Shown piece after piece: positions 9,710 through 19,779 of a stretch of DNA of 64,000 bases. Under the pieces are notes generated by a model. It was given only the letters and a program-made list of their open reading frames with translations, was not told where the DNA came from and searched no databases. The stretch's first letter is position 1; each line of letters starts with the position of its first letter. The stretch covers positions 68,838-132,837 of the forward strand of contig CAZQMO010000001.1 in NCBI GenBank assembly GCA_964594755.1. Direction: 5' to 3'. Both the position numbers and the translations under genes were made by a program. Origin of the DNA: an uncultured Candidatus Saccharibacteria bacterium (GTDB taxonomy: Bacteria; Patescibacteriota; Doudnabacteria; UBA920).

Positions 9710-11209
9710 TTAGTTCCTCCCCCCTTCTGTTGACTTTTTGGGCAGTTTCACTCCAAATAACCACGGAATACGGGCGATACGGTCATTCATTAAGACAGCC
9801 AAGAATGTTCGAGTTGCTGTAATTGCACTAAACATTGAAATCAATACACCAATCGACAAAGCTATAGCGAAGCCTTTTACAGAGGAAGTTCCAAAGGTGT
9901 ACAAGATCAACGTGGTAATCAAAGTGGAAACATTTGAATCACGAATAGACAGCCAAGCGCGATCGAACCCATCCTTGATAGCCTTTTGTAAGTCTTTACC
10001 AGCACGGATTTCTTCACGGACTCTTTCAAAGATTAAAATATTGGCATCAACTGCCATACCAATCGAAAGAATAAAACCAGCAATACCTGCTAAGGTTAAG
10101 GTTACTGGGGAAACCGCGTTTAGGAAAATTAGGGCGATGTAGCTTATTAACGCAATTATCCCAAACCAACCACTGACAGTTACGCCGAGAAGGAAGAATA
10201 CACCTACCAGAATCACGGCAGTGATAGAAATTCCGATTTTAAAGATGGCAACTGATACCAAAGTGTAGACGAGTAAAGCAAGAACAGCTAGGAAACCTGG
10301 CCAGCGGTAGTACCAAAGCATAAATAGAGCAACTAAGATCAAGCCAATCAAACCAGCTAATAATGATTTCTGAATTGATTCTTCACCTAAACTAGCCCCA
10401 ACATTTTGTTGTGAAATCAAATTAATAGGGACTGGTAAGGCACCAGAGTTCAGACGAGTTGCTAATAGTTTTGCTTCTTCTGGGGTAAAGCCACCAGTGA
10501 TGTAAGCTTCGCCATTGGTAATGGTGTCATTAACCCGAGGAGCCTGAATGATTTGACCATCCAAAACAATGGCTAAAGGTTTGCCGATATTTTCTTCTGT
10601 GATTTTGGCGAACAGTTCCTTACCCTCATCATTGAAATTTAAACGAACCACAACTTGAGTATTAATCCCCTGCCCTTGCTGAACGTCTGCAGTAGCTCGC
10701 TCGAGCTGCTTTCCTGACAATCCAGTAGGTTCCCAACCAGTCAAAGGATCAATCGTGATTTGACCATCAGGACCAACGATTGGAGTAGGTCGTGCTTCTG
10801 GATCATCTTGAGTTCGAAACTCAAGTAAAGCAGTTTCACCAATTTGCTTGATAGCATCGTTGATATCAGAGATACCAGGTAATTCAACCACAATTTGGTC
10901 GCTACCTTGAATCTGAACAAGAGGTTCAGCTACGCCAAAGCTGTTCACGCGACGTTCAATAGTATCGCGAACACTAGCAAGGGCGTCGCCGCGATCTGAT
11001 TCTGAAATATCTTTATAGTCAGCTTGGTAAACAAGTCGTGCTCCACCTTGTAAATCTAAACCTAACTTGGGTGGAAATTCTTTCTGGTAATCTATGCCAA
11101 TTTTGGTGAGATTGATCTTTTGCCCTTGCGGATGAACTATCCAAGCAGCCGCAGCTCCAATCAAAATCACAAACAAAAAAACCGTAAAACGTTTTATGAA
11201 TGATTTCAT
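9710..11209 (-). CDS. secD: Protein-export membrane protein SecD
   Basis: 499 aa with LGLDLQGGARLVYQ and a large periplasmic domain plus a C-terminal TM bundle. Adjacent to secF. Confidence 0.92.
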   Translation of the reverse strand: MKSFIKRFTVFLFVILIGAAAAWIVHPQGQKINLTKIGIDYQKEFPPKLGLDLQGGARLVYQADYKDISESDRGDALASVRDTIERRVNSFGVAEPLVQIQGSDQIVVELPGISDINDAIKQIGETALLEFRTQDDPEARPTPIVGPDGQITIDPLTGWEPTGLSGKQLERATADVQQGQGINTQVVVRLNFNDEGKELFAKITEENIGKPLAIVLDGQIIQAPRVNDTITNGEAYITGGFTPEEAKLLATRLNSGALPVPINLISQQNVGASLGEESIQKSLLAGLIGLILVALFMLWYYRWPGFLAVLALLVYTLVSVAIFKIGISITAVILVGVFFLLGVTVSGWFGIIALISYIALIFLNAVSPVTLTLAGIAGFILSIGMAVDANILIFERVREEIRAGKDLQKAIKDGFDRAWLSIRDSNVSTLITTLILYTFGTSSVKGFAIALSIGVLISMFSAITATRTFLAVLMNDRIARIPWLFGVKLPKKSTEGGRN

Positions 11210-11241
11210 ACTGTTCTGTTAATAAGGTTGTATCTCAAATA

Positions 11242-11270
11242 ATTATATGGCATCTGGCCAGATTTTGCAA
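11242..11270 (-). promoter_or_regulatory. Consensus sigma-70 promoter for secDF (TTGCAA -17- TATAAT)
   Basis: On the - strand: ttgcaa, a 17-nt spacer, then tataat, about 30 nt upstream of the secD ATG. Confidence 0.6.
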
Positions 11271-11278
11271 AGTATAAT

Positions 11279-13816
11279 CTAGCGAAAATACCGCATAATT
11301 AAAGCTAAGTCACGCTTCTGCCAGGCGAGATTTATCCGAATCTTTTCAGTGGTTTGAGCAATGGCTTGCTTTGCATACGACAGCTTTTTCCCCTTTTGAA
11401 ACTTAAGGAATCCTGCTAGCTCTTGAGTAGTGTTAAAACTTTGAGCTCCGGAGAGCAGGTAGCCTGCCATTTTGGTACCCATAAACTGTTGTTGCAATTT
11501 TGGCCAGTGTTTTAGAATAGTTCGCCAGACTTGCGACTTAATCGCGGGATTTTGTAATGCAGCCGAGATAGCAAAAGGCTGGTCTTGGTTTCGGACTTTA
11601 GTACTAAATAATAATTTTAGCAACTCGGTTTGAGTTCGCTTGGTAGCTCCCGAAATTAATGCAAAGAGAATTTGCTGCTTTTGGATGGCCAGATCGGATT
11701 GGTCATACAAAGCCAACAATTGTTGGTACTGCTGCTTACTACCAAACTTTGCGATAGTCGCGAATACCGCGCTCCGTAGATTGACATCAACGGATTTAAT
11801 ATTTCTGCCAGTTTTAAAATATTTTATGGCCGCCGCAATAGCTAGTTTCTCGCCTCCTAACCCTGCTTCATGAAAAGCCAAACCTCGCAGTAAAGCATTA
11901 TTATTGGGTTCATTCTTTTTAACCTTAAAGCCAATTTGAGGACGGGCGATTAATTGGCTAAACAGTTTGGTTTGAAACTGTTCTAATTTTTGTTGTGCTT
12001 TGGTACCAAACAACATTCGATGCAGCTGGTTTAGTTGTTTGGCAATCTCAGACCAAATTACATAACTAAGCTCATTGTCTGTAAATCGTAAGGTTTCTAA
12101 ATAGACATCAGTTGGTATCAAACCAGATTTGGCTAATAAAAAGGAGTCTCTGATTAACGCCAACCGGTCTTGTGTATTGAGAGTTTTATCCTCAAACTTT
12201 GGTAGCAGTCTTGCGAGCAAACCCATATCATATCGTATGACTGTAAGACTGGTGTCATTATGATCCAGGTTAATAAATTCAAAGGTGTTTGGTAAAGGAA
12301 GCTGAGTTGATTTGGTGCTGAATAAAAATGGCGCACTAATTTCTTTTTCGGAAGTGTGCAAACTTAGTGGAATTGGCCAGGTCAGCTTATTAGCTTTTGG
12401 CAGTTGCTTAAACTCTTGCTGGTCTAGCTGTAACAAGTCGCCTTCAGTCGAAATTGAAACAACTGGAAACCCAGGTTTTTCGGTCCAAGCTTTCATTATC
12501 GCTCTAATTGGTTGGCCGGAAACTTTTTCAAAACTTTCCCATAAATGAATTGAAGAAGTATTTTTGTAGGAATGTTTTTTTAGATACTGAGATAAACCCT
12601 TTTGAAAATGCTCTGCCCCAATATAATTTTCTAGCATCCGCAGAACACTAGCCCCTTTGGCGTAACTAATTGCGTCAAATATTTCGGAGATTTCATCGGG
12701 GTGCTTTACCGGAACTTCTATTGGGTGCGTGGCATGCAAGCTATCTTGTTGCAATGCAAAAGCTTGTTCGTCTAAGGCGAACTTAGTCCAGTAATTCCAT
12801 TCTGGATAGATTGCATCAACTACATGGTAAGCCATGTAAGTTGCAAAGCTTTCATTAAGCCAGAGATGAGTCCACCACTCCATAGTAACCAAATTACCAA
12901 ACCATTGATGAACTAATTCATGAGCAATAACCTCTGCAACCCGCTGCTTCTGGCTAAAAGGCGAGTTGTCTTCATCTACTAACAATAGAGTCTCACGAAA
13001 AGTGATTGCTCCCCAATTCTCCATGGCTCCAGCAGAAAAGTCTGGGATTGCCAATAAATCCAAAATTGGTAACGGGTATTTTATGCCAAAATAGTTTTCT
13101 AAATAATCAAGCGCCTTTTTGGAAAATTCCAATGCAAACTTCCCCTGAGCTTTTTTCCCTGGAGTTGTGTGAACTCGAATTTTGACTTTACTCTTGCTTA
13201 TTCCTTGTAAGTGCTCGAGCTCCCCTACAATCAAGGCTAACAAGTAAGAAGACATATTTGGCGTCGCCTTAAATTTGATAACTTGGTAGCCTGGTAGATG
13301 TGGTGAAATCTTGTCTGGGATAGTGTTGGAAATTGCGGTCAGATGCTTTGGGATAACTACTTCGAGTACAAACTTGGATTTGTGAGAGGGTTCATCAAAG
13401 CAAGGAATCATACGGCGGGCATCAGTAGCTTCAAACTGACTCACAGCCAGATACTTATCTTGGCCTTTGTGATGGTATTGGCTGCGATAAAGGCCTCGCA
13501 GTTGATCATTAATTGTTCCTGTGAATTGTAAAGTTAATTTAGTCTTACCTTTAACAGGTTTAGGGAGTATTAGAGTAATCGTTTCACCTTTAGACTGATA
13601 AGTTAACTTTGGCTCGAATTTTGACCTACCAACAGTGAGTGCTACGTGAGTAACTTTTAAGTCAACTGAGTGCAATACTAATTGTTTAACTGGCTTATCG
13701 ATTTCTAAACTTATGATTTCTGAGCCGACAAAATTAAAATCCGCCAGATTTGTCTGGATTTTAATATGGTATTGGATAGGTTTTATATTTGCCGAAAGTC
13801 GATGTTTGGTTTTCAT
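11279..13816 (-). CDS. pepN: Aminopeptidase N (M1 family zinc metallopeptidase)
   Basis: 845 aa with the GAMEN motif (FSAGAMEN) and the HEXXH-18-E zinc site (HELVHQWFGNLVTMEWWTHLWLNESFA). Confidence 0.92.
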   Translation of the reverse strand: MKTKHRLSANIKPIQYHIKIQTNLADFNFVGSEIISLEIDKPVKQLVLHSVDLKVTHVALTVGRSKFEPKLTYQSKGETITLILPKPVKGKTKLTLQFTGTINDQLRGLYRSQYHHKGQDKYLAVSQFEATDARRMIPCFDEPSHKSKFVLEVVIPKHLTAISNTIPDKISPHLPGYQVIKFKATPNMSSYLLALIVGELEHLQGISKSKVKIRVHTTPGKKAQGKFALEFSKKALDYLENYFGIKYPLPILDLLAIPDFSAGAMENWGAITFRETLLLVDEDNSPFSQKQRVAEVIAHELVHQWFGNLVTMEWWTHLWLNESFATYMAYHVVDAIYPEWNYWTKFALDEQAFALQQDSLHATHPIEVPVKHPDEISEIFDAISYAKGASVLRMLENYIGAEHFQKGLSQYLKKHSYKNTSSIHLWESFEKVSGQPIRAIMKAWTEKPGFPVVSISTEGDLLQLDQQEFKQLPKANKLTWPIPLSLHTSEKEISAPFLFSTKSTQLPLPNTFEFINLDHNDTSLTVIRYDMGLLARLLPKFEDKTLNTQDRLALIRDSFLLAKSGLIPTDVYLETLRFTDNELSYVIWSEIAKQLNQLHRMLFGTKAQQKLEQFQTKLFSQLIARPQIGFKVKKNEPNNNALLRGLAFHEAGLGGEKLAIAAAIKYFKTGRNIKSVDVNLRSAVFATIAKFGSKQQYQQLLALYDQSDLAIQKQQILFALISGATKRTQTELLKLLFSTKVRNQDQPFAISAALQNPAIKSQVWRTILKHWPKLQQQFMGTKMAGYLLSGAQSFNTTQELAGFLKFQKGKKLSYAKQAIAQTTEKIRINLAWQKRDLALIMRYFR

Positions 13817-13824
13817 GGTTAACT

Positions 13825-16554
13825 CTAGTTAGCCAGATTGTTTTGATGCTCTTCACTATTTACAAGCCCGCACTTTTTATACTTCTTACCGCTACCACAG
13901 TAACATGGGTCGTTTCTGCCTAACCCTTGGGCGCGCGGATCAGCTGGTTCAGCTTGGCTAACTTGGCCTTGCTGAGGTTGACTTCCACCAGACAGATTAA
14001 TGGTAGCGTGGTGGTGCTGTGCTCCACCTTCATCAGTATGAGTTTCAACTCCAATTCTTAATACCGCAGACAGCACCTGCTGATCAATTTCAGATAATAA
14101 TCGTTGGAATAAACTGTGGCCTTCTTTTTTATACTCAACCAATGGGTCGCGCTGTCCATAACCACGAAGACGGACGCTATCACGCAAATGATCCATGGTA
14201 TCTAAGTGTTCCATCCAGAGTCGGTCAATACTCTGCAAAATCACCGTACGCAATATACTGTTATATAATTCTTCGCCTATTTCTTGGGCTTTGGCCTTAA
14301 AACTGTCATTGGCTAATTTGTGCAGTTCATCAGCAATCACAAATTCACGATCAGCTGCATTTTGACTCGCTTCTAAAATTACAGTTTTCTTGTTTTGATC
14401 TAATTGAGGAATAAAACTACTTACTTCAGCAAAAATCTGTTCCACCGCTTCATCATGACTTAGGGTACCGAAGTGACTTGTGATAATTTCATCAATTTTT
14501 CGATTGAATAACTCAGTAATTTCTGTCTGAACAGAACCATCTAATTCTCCACCTGATAAATACTTGCGGCGGCGTTTATAAATCTTTTTACGTTGCTGGT
14601 TAAGCACATCATCAAACTCCAACACATTTTTACGAGTGTCAAAGTTCAAACCTTCAATTTTCTTTTGCGCTGATTCAATGCTTCGGGAAACCATCTTGGC
14701 TTCTATAGGCTGATCATCGGGAATCTTAAGAGTTTCCATCATGCTTTGCATACGGGCACCACCAAATAGACGCATTAAATCGTCTTCCATGGAAACATAG
14801 AATTGACTCGACCCAGGATCACCCTGACGGCCGCTACGACCGCGCAATTGGTTATCAATCCGGCGAGATTCATGACGTTCAGTTCCAATGACGGCTAAAC
14901 CACCGGCCTGTTTAACTTTCTGAGCTTCTGCTGGATCAACCGGGTTACCGCCAAGCAAAATGTCAACACCACGACCGGCAATATTAGTAGCTACAGTAAT
15001 CGCTCCGCTACGGCCTGCTTGAGCAATGATTTGCGCTTCCCGTTCGTGATTTTTTGCATTGAGCATTTCGAACTGCAAACCTTCTTTTTTTAAAGCATCA
15101 GCAAGTTGTTCATTTTTAGCAATGCTGACTGTACCAATCAACACTGGCTGACCATTCTTGTGTCGTTCCTTTACATCCCGGGCGATGGCTGTGAATTTAC
15201 CAGCTTCATTCTTGAATACTAAATCAGAATGGTCTAGGCGAACCATTGGTTGATTGGTCGGAATTTGCGTTACTTCGAGCTGATAGATTTTGAAAAATTC
15301 TTCTTCCTCGGTCTTAGCTGTACCAGTCATACCGGACAATCTTGAGTACAGACGGAACAAATTCTGGAAGGTAATGGTCGCTAAGGTTTTACTTTCTTGT
15401 TGAATCTTTACGTTTTCTTTGGCCTCAATTGCCTGGTGAAGTCCCTGACTGTAACGGCGACCAAACATTAAACGGCCAGTAAATTCATCAACAATTACTA
15501 CCTCCCCATCACGGATGACATAATCACGATCTTTTTTGTATAAAGTTTTGGCACGAAGAGCTTGTTCAATATGGTGCAAAGTGGTTACACCGGCGCTAGT
15601 GTCGTAAATATTTGGAATATTCAAAATTCCTTCGATCTTAGTAATACCATCGTCAGTAAGGCTGGCGGCTTTGTGTTTTTCGTCAACAGTATAGTCTTCA
15701 GTCTCTTGCAATCGATCAACTAACTTTGAAAACTGATAATACTTATCAGTTGGTTCTGAATCTGGTTGCGAAATAATTAATGGTGTGCGGGCTTCATCAA
15801 TTAAAATACTGTCGACTTCGTCAACGATTGCGAAAAACAAATCACGCTGACGGAGTTGTTTAACATCCTGGACCATATTATCGCGCAAGTAATCAAAGCC
15901 GTACTCATTATTGGTTCCGTAAGTAATGTCGGCAGCGTAAGCTTCTTGGCGGCTAACTGGTCGCATGTGCTTTACATCAAGCACTAAACCTTGAGTACCA
16001 GATTCTATGGCATCAATTTCTTCTTGTTCTGGTTGGAAGCTTGGGTCAAATTTAAAAGAAGCTTCGTGCTGAATGCTTGCAACAGACAAACCTAAGTATT
16101 CGTACAAGCGACCCATGTCACTAGCTTGCCAACGCGCCAAGTAATCATTAACTGTTACTAAATGAGCGCCGCGGCCGGCTAACGCAAATAACACCAACGG
16201 TAAAGTTGCAGTTAGTGTTTTACCTTCACCGGTTTTCATTTCAGCGATACGGCCTTCAGACAGCACTAAACCACCCATTAACTGCACATCAAAATGGAAT
16301 TGAGAACGAGAACGTTTAGAAGCTTCACGAGTTAAAGCAAATACGCGAGTGCGTATTTCCATTAGTTTCTTAAAGACTTGTTCTTCTTCTGTTAGTTTAG
16401 CTAGTTCGGTTTTAAAGCTTTGGATTTCTGCCTTAATTTGCTCTTCGGTGAGCTCAGCTACTTCTTCAGCCAAAGCATTGATCTTGTCCAATTCGCCTTG
16501 ATATTTGCCTAATCCAGGGCCGCTAGACTTAAAAATTCTGTTGAAAATTGACAT
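13825..16554 (-). CDS. secA: Preprotein translocase ATPase SecA
   Basis: 909 aa with DEAD-like motor motifs and a C-terminal zinc-binding tail CYCGSGKKYKKCG. Confidence 0.96.
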   Translation of the reverse strand: MSIFNRIFKSSGPGLGKYQGELDKINALAEEVAELTEEQIKAEIQSFKTELAKLTEEEQVFKKLMEIRTRVFALTREASKRSRSQFHFDVQLMGGLVLSEGRIAEMKTGEGKTLTATLPLVLFALAGRGAHLVTVNDYLARWQASDMGRLYEYLGLSVASIQHEASFKFDPSFQPEQEEIDAIESGTQGLVLDVKHMRPVSRQEAYAADITYGTNNEYGFDYLRDNMVQDVKQLRQRDLFFAIVDEVDSILIDEARTPLIISQPDSEPTDKYYQFSKLVDRLQETEDYTVDEKHKAASLTDDGITKIEGILNIPNIYDTSAGVTTLHHIEQALRAKTLYKKDRDYVIRDGEVVIVDEFTGRLMFGRRYSQGLHQAIEAKENVKIQQESKTLATITFQNLFRLYSRLSGMTGTAKTEEEEFFKIYQLEVTQIPTNQPMVRLDHSDLVFKNEAGKFTAIARDVKERHKNGQPVLIGTVSIAKNEQLADALKKEGLQFEMLNAKNHEREAQIIAQAGRSGAITVATNIAGRGVDILLGGNPVDPAEAQKVKQAGGLAVIGTERHESRRIDNQLRGRSGRQGDPGSSQFYVSMEDDLMRLFGGARMQSMMETLKIPDDQPIEAKMVSRSIESAQKKIEGLNFDTRKNVLEFDDVLNQQRKKIYKRRRKYLSGGELDGSVQTEITELFNRKIDEIITSHFGTLSHDEAVEQIFAEVSSFIPQLDQNKKTVILEASQNAADREFVIADELHKLANDSFKAKAQEIGEELYNSILRTVILQSIDRLWMEHLDTMDHLRDSVRLRGYGQRDPLVEYKKEGHSLFQRLLSEIDQQVLSAVLRIGVETHTDEGGAQHHHATINLSGGSQPQQGQVSQAEPADPRAQGLGRNDPCYCGSGKKYKKCGLVNSEEHQNNLAN

Positions 16555-16577
16555 ATATTGAGAATAAATACTGTGCT

Positions 16578-16606
16578 ATTATACTAAAAAGCTTGGACTT
16601 AGCCAA
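16578..16606 (-). promoter_or_regulatory. sigma-70 promoter for secA (TTGGCT -17- TATAAT)
   Basis: On the - strand: ttggct, a 17-nt spacer, then tataat, about 23 nt upstream of the secA ATG. It overlaps a + strand TTGAGA-16-TATACT element. Confidence 0.55.
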
Positions 16607-16690
16607 GCCTAAATTAGGAGGAAAAATGATAACTAGAGAAGAAAGTCAGCGCGCGAGTCTCTAATCCAAGCCAAGAATGCCGCTGAATTA

Positions 16691-16930
16691 TTGCAGCGGT
16701 TTGTAGCAATGCGCGTAGATCTGATCAAAAAGTGTTACCCAACCTTGCCGCCAGCAACCAAACAACGACTTATTCCTGAGATTAGCTTTATTCTCAGAGA
16801 GGAAAGAGTATCAAATCAAGTCATAGAATATATGTCCGAAGACGATGACAAACGACTAGAAATCGTCAGACGAGTATTATATTTTGAGAGAGCCGGAGTA
16901 TTCGGATCTATCAAAGCTAGTTCCGCTTAA
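16691..16930 (+). CDS. Hypothetical small protein (79 aa)
   Basis: ORF with no recognisable motif and a weak RBS. An upstream 12-aa micro-ORF (MITREESQRASL, 16627..16665) with a perfect AGGAGG precedes it. Confidence 0.3.
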   Translation: MQRFVAMRVDLIKKCYPTLPPATKQRLIPEISFILREERVSNQVIEYMSEDDDKRLEIVRRVLYFERAGVFGSIKASSA

Positions 16931-17255
16931 ACCCTCTCATTAGGTTTCCCAGCCTTCGACGAAGGCTGATTTTTTTATCTTTGGTTTTTGCTAATTGAGC
17001 TTGGATTTTTGGGACAGCTAAATCTAAAGCCTCGTAGAAATCATTTCCTCGGGCATCAGCATAGATATTATGTGGGCTGACTTGAATGTCAACTCGGAAA
17101 AACTGTCCGCTTTGATGTTTAATGTCTTCAGCGATTTCGACATAAATGACATCTTCTGAACGAATATACTTTTCTATAATATTTAACTTACTTTCAATGT
17201 TACTACGAATCGAATCAGTGAGAGTGGTGTTGGTTGCTTTGATATTTATCTTCAT
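16917..17255 (-). CDS. hpf: Ribosome hibernation promoting factor / RaiA (short form)
   Basis: 112 aa: MKINIKATNTTLTDSIRSNIESKL...VDIQV typical of the S30AE/HPF family. Confidence 0.88.
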   Translation of the reverse strand: MKINIKATNTTLTDSIRSNIESKLNIIEKYIRSEDVIYVEIAEDIKHQSGQFFRVDIQVSPHNIYADARGNDFYEALDLAVPKIQAQLAKTKDKKISLRRRLGNLMRGFKRN

Positions 17256-17287
17256 AAAATTCCTTTCTTTCCCTTATTATAACATTA

Positions 17288-18382
17288 TTATGTGAATTTT
17301 GTGCCGATGATTTCCTGTTTTGGAAAGCCAATAAATTCTGGTTCTGCTTCTAGCTCAATTCCGGTTCTATCTAATACCGCCTGCTTAACTTGATTGAATA
17401 ACTCTAAAACTTCTGCTGCTTTCCCTTGCCCAGAATGATTAATCACAATGGCTGGTTGATTAGGGTTTAAAGACACACCTCCAACCACAAGTTCTCTACC
17501 AACACACTGCTCAATCAGAAATGCTGTCGGGGTCTTATAGCCTTGTCTAACTCGCAATTTTCCAGACATGCCTTGAAGTTTTTGCGCAGCGTCTTTTGAG
17601 AAATGGCTGTGAATATTGGTCTGTAAATCTGCAAATTCCGATTCAGACAAAACTTTCCCCCGAAAGAATGAGCCAGCATTACCAACAGTAGGTTCTGAAG
17701 GAAATGGAAATTTGTTATTTCTAATTTCAATGATTGCAGACCTGATATCTTGAATGGTTGGCTGTAGATTTTGAAAACGATCTTTCAAATCACCATAGCT
17801 TAAATTAGGCTGACCATTCTTCCGCAATTTTAGTCGAGTACTGATGATAATATATTTATTTTTATCAGTAGTGTTAAAAATACTTTTTCTGTAACCAAAA
17901 GCTAGTTGCTCATTGGTTAAAGTCGCGATATTACTAGATTCACGATCAATCACAGTGACTTGTTGCACAACATCGCTCGCCTCCTGACCATAAGCTCCTA
18001 CATTCTGGACTGCGAAAGCACCAACGAATCCAGGGATATGAGCAAGGTTTTCTATTCCCCACCATCCTTCTTCACAAGCTAAACGGACCACATCATCCCA
18101 AACTTCGCCGCTAGCAATATCCAAAATGACCTCGCTGTCGGTTTCAGAGACTAAATCTATACCAACAGTTTCGATTCGCATAGCCACGCCACTAAAACCC
18201 TTATCCGCAACCAAGACATTACTACCACCCCCAAACACAAATAATGGCAATTGCTGTTGTTTAGCGAAATCTATTCCCTGCTGAATCTCTGCCGTGTCTT
18301 GAGCAAATATTAAATATCGGCAAGGACCGCCGATATAGAAAGTTGTATAAGGGGCTAACGGGAAATTCTCCTTAATCTGCAC
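17288..18382 (-). CDS. murB: UDP-N-acetylenolpyruvoylglucosamine reductase MurB
   Basis: N-terminal FAD-binding YTTFYIGGP motif and MurB-like domain order. Overlaps murC. Confidence 0.85.
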   Translation of the reverse strand: MQIKENFPLAPYTTFYIGGPCRYLIFAQDTAEIQQGIDFAKQQQLPLFVFGGGSNVLVADKGFSGVAMRIETVGIDLVSETDSEVILDIASGEVWDDVVRLACEEGWWGIENLAHIPGFVGAFAVQNVGAYGQEASDVVQQVTVIDRESSNIATLTNEQLAFGYRKSIFNTTDKNKYIIISTRLKLRKNGQPNLSYGDLKDRFQNLQPTIQDIRSAIIEIRNNKFPFPSEPTVGNAGSFFRGKVLSESEFADLQTNIHSHFSKDAAQKLQGMSGKLRVRQGYKTPTAFLIEQCVGRELVVGGVSLNPNQPAIVINHSGQGKAAEVLELFNQVKQAVLDRTGIELEAEPEFIGFPKQEIIGTKFT

Positions 18383-19778
18383 GATTAACTAACTCCTTAG
18401 CTAAAGTATTAAAATCACCAACCGCCATAATCACAACCACATCATGGGGCTGCCACTCTGTGGTGAGAATCTGTTTGGCAGTTGTTTTATCTGCGACCAA
18501 TCTTACGTTGGGGTTATTCTTAGCAATCTGATCAACTACTTGTTGACCAGTGATTGAATTATCAGTCTTCTTTTCGCGCGCTGGATAAATTTCTGCTAGC
18601 AGAACCTGATCAGCTTGATTAAAACTCACAGCTAACTCGTCCAGAACAGCTTCAGTACGGCTAAAGGTATGTGGTTCGAATACTGCCCACACTCTGGAAT
18701 CTGGAAACCGCAGCTTTGCAAGCGCAATGGTTTCCTTAATCGCAGTGGGATGATGAGCATAGTCATCAAAAATCTTTACTCCTTTAGCTTCACCAATGTA
18801 TTCAAAGCGACGTTTAATCCCAGAAAATTCATCCAAACCGTTTTGAATATCTGCAGCCGAAAAACCCAGCGTTCGAAGCAATGAAATTGGACCCAAGGCA
18901 TTATAAACGTTAATTCGTCCAAACAAATTGATACGATATCTTTCTACTGGAAAATCTCCAAGCTTTTGAACTAAAAATTCGGTGTAATTTTCCGTGGTCA
19001 CGATATCTTTGACTACAAAGTCAGCAGAATTGTCTAACCCATAACTAATCGAACCTAGACTAGTACCATGAACTAATTTGGCCAACTCAATGTTGTCTGC
19101 ATTATAAACTACCACACCATCATCAGGCATGTTATGAATCATCTCAGCAATTTCATCACGGATCTCGTCAATCGAAGCAAACACATCAGGATGGTCAAAT
19201 TCTAAATTGGTAAGTAGTAAAATATCAGGCTTATACTGGGTAAATTTCGGAGTTGGATCATCGTATAGCGCTTTATATTCATCACCTTCAAACACAACGT
19301 AATGACCTTCACCTAAGTGAAAATTTCGGTTGGTGTTAGTCAGGACAGCACCAGTCATAAAGCTACTGCCATCAATTTCCTGAAGCAGAGTTCCTAAAAT
19401 AGCTGAAGTTGTTGATTTCCCGTGGGTACCAGTAACCACAATTCTCAGTTTCTCTTTAAATAATTCGTACAATAATTCTGAAAAGGAATATAGCTTTTGA
19501 TTACGCTCAACCACTGCGGCAATTTCTGGATTTGAGTCATCTTCACCCGCTGAAGCGATGATAATTGCATTGTCCAAATCAGCCACATGATCAGCGTCAT
19601 AACCCACATTGTAAGGAATATCTAGATCATCCAAGACAGATTTTGCCGGATCATAAAGCGCTTTACTATCACTACCAGAGACCTCAAAACCTAACTGCTT
19701 AGCTAGACCCGCGACAGCTGACATAGCAATCCCGCCAATGCCGATAAAATATATTTTTGAATCTTCAGTTAAGTTCAT
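18372..19778 (-). CDS. murC: UDP-N-acetylmuramate--L-alanine ligase MurC
   Basis: N-terminal YFIGIGGIAMSAVA (MurC signature), Mur-ligase P-loop GTHGKSTT and Mur C-terminal domain. Confidence 0.92.
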   Translation of the reverse strand: MNLTEDSKIYFIGIGGIAMSAVAGLAKQLGFEVSGSDSKALYDPAKSVLDDLDIPYNVGYDADHVADLDNAIIIASAGEDDSNPEIAAVVERNQKLYSFSELLYELFKEKLRIVVTGTHGKSTTSAILGTLLQEIDGSSFMTGAVLTNTNRNFHLGEGHYVVFEGDEYKALYDDPTPKFTQYKPDILLLTNLEFDHPDVFASIDEIRDEIAEMIHNMPDDGVVVYNADNIELAKLVHGTSLGSISYGLDNSADFVVKDIVTTENYTEFLVQKLGDFPVERYRINLFGRINVYNALGPISLLRTLGFSAADIQNGLDEFSGIKRRFEYIGEAKGVKIFDDYAHHPTAIKETIALAKLRFPDSRVWAVFEPHTFSRTEAVLDELAVSFNQADQVLLAEIYPAREKKTDNSITGQQVVDQIAKNNPNVRLVADKTTAKQILTTEWQPHDVVVIMAVGDFNTLAKELVNRAD

Positions 19779-19779
19779 C

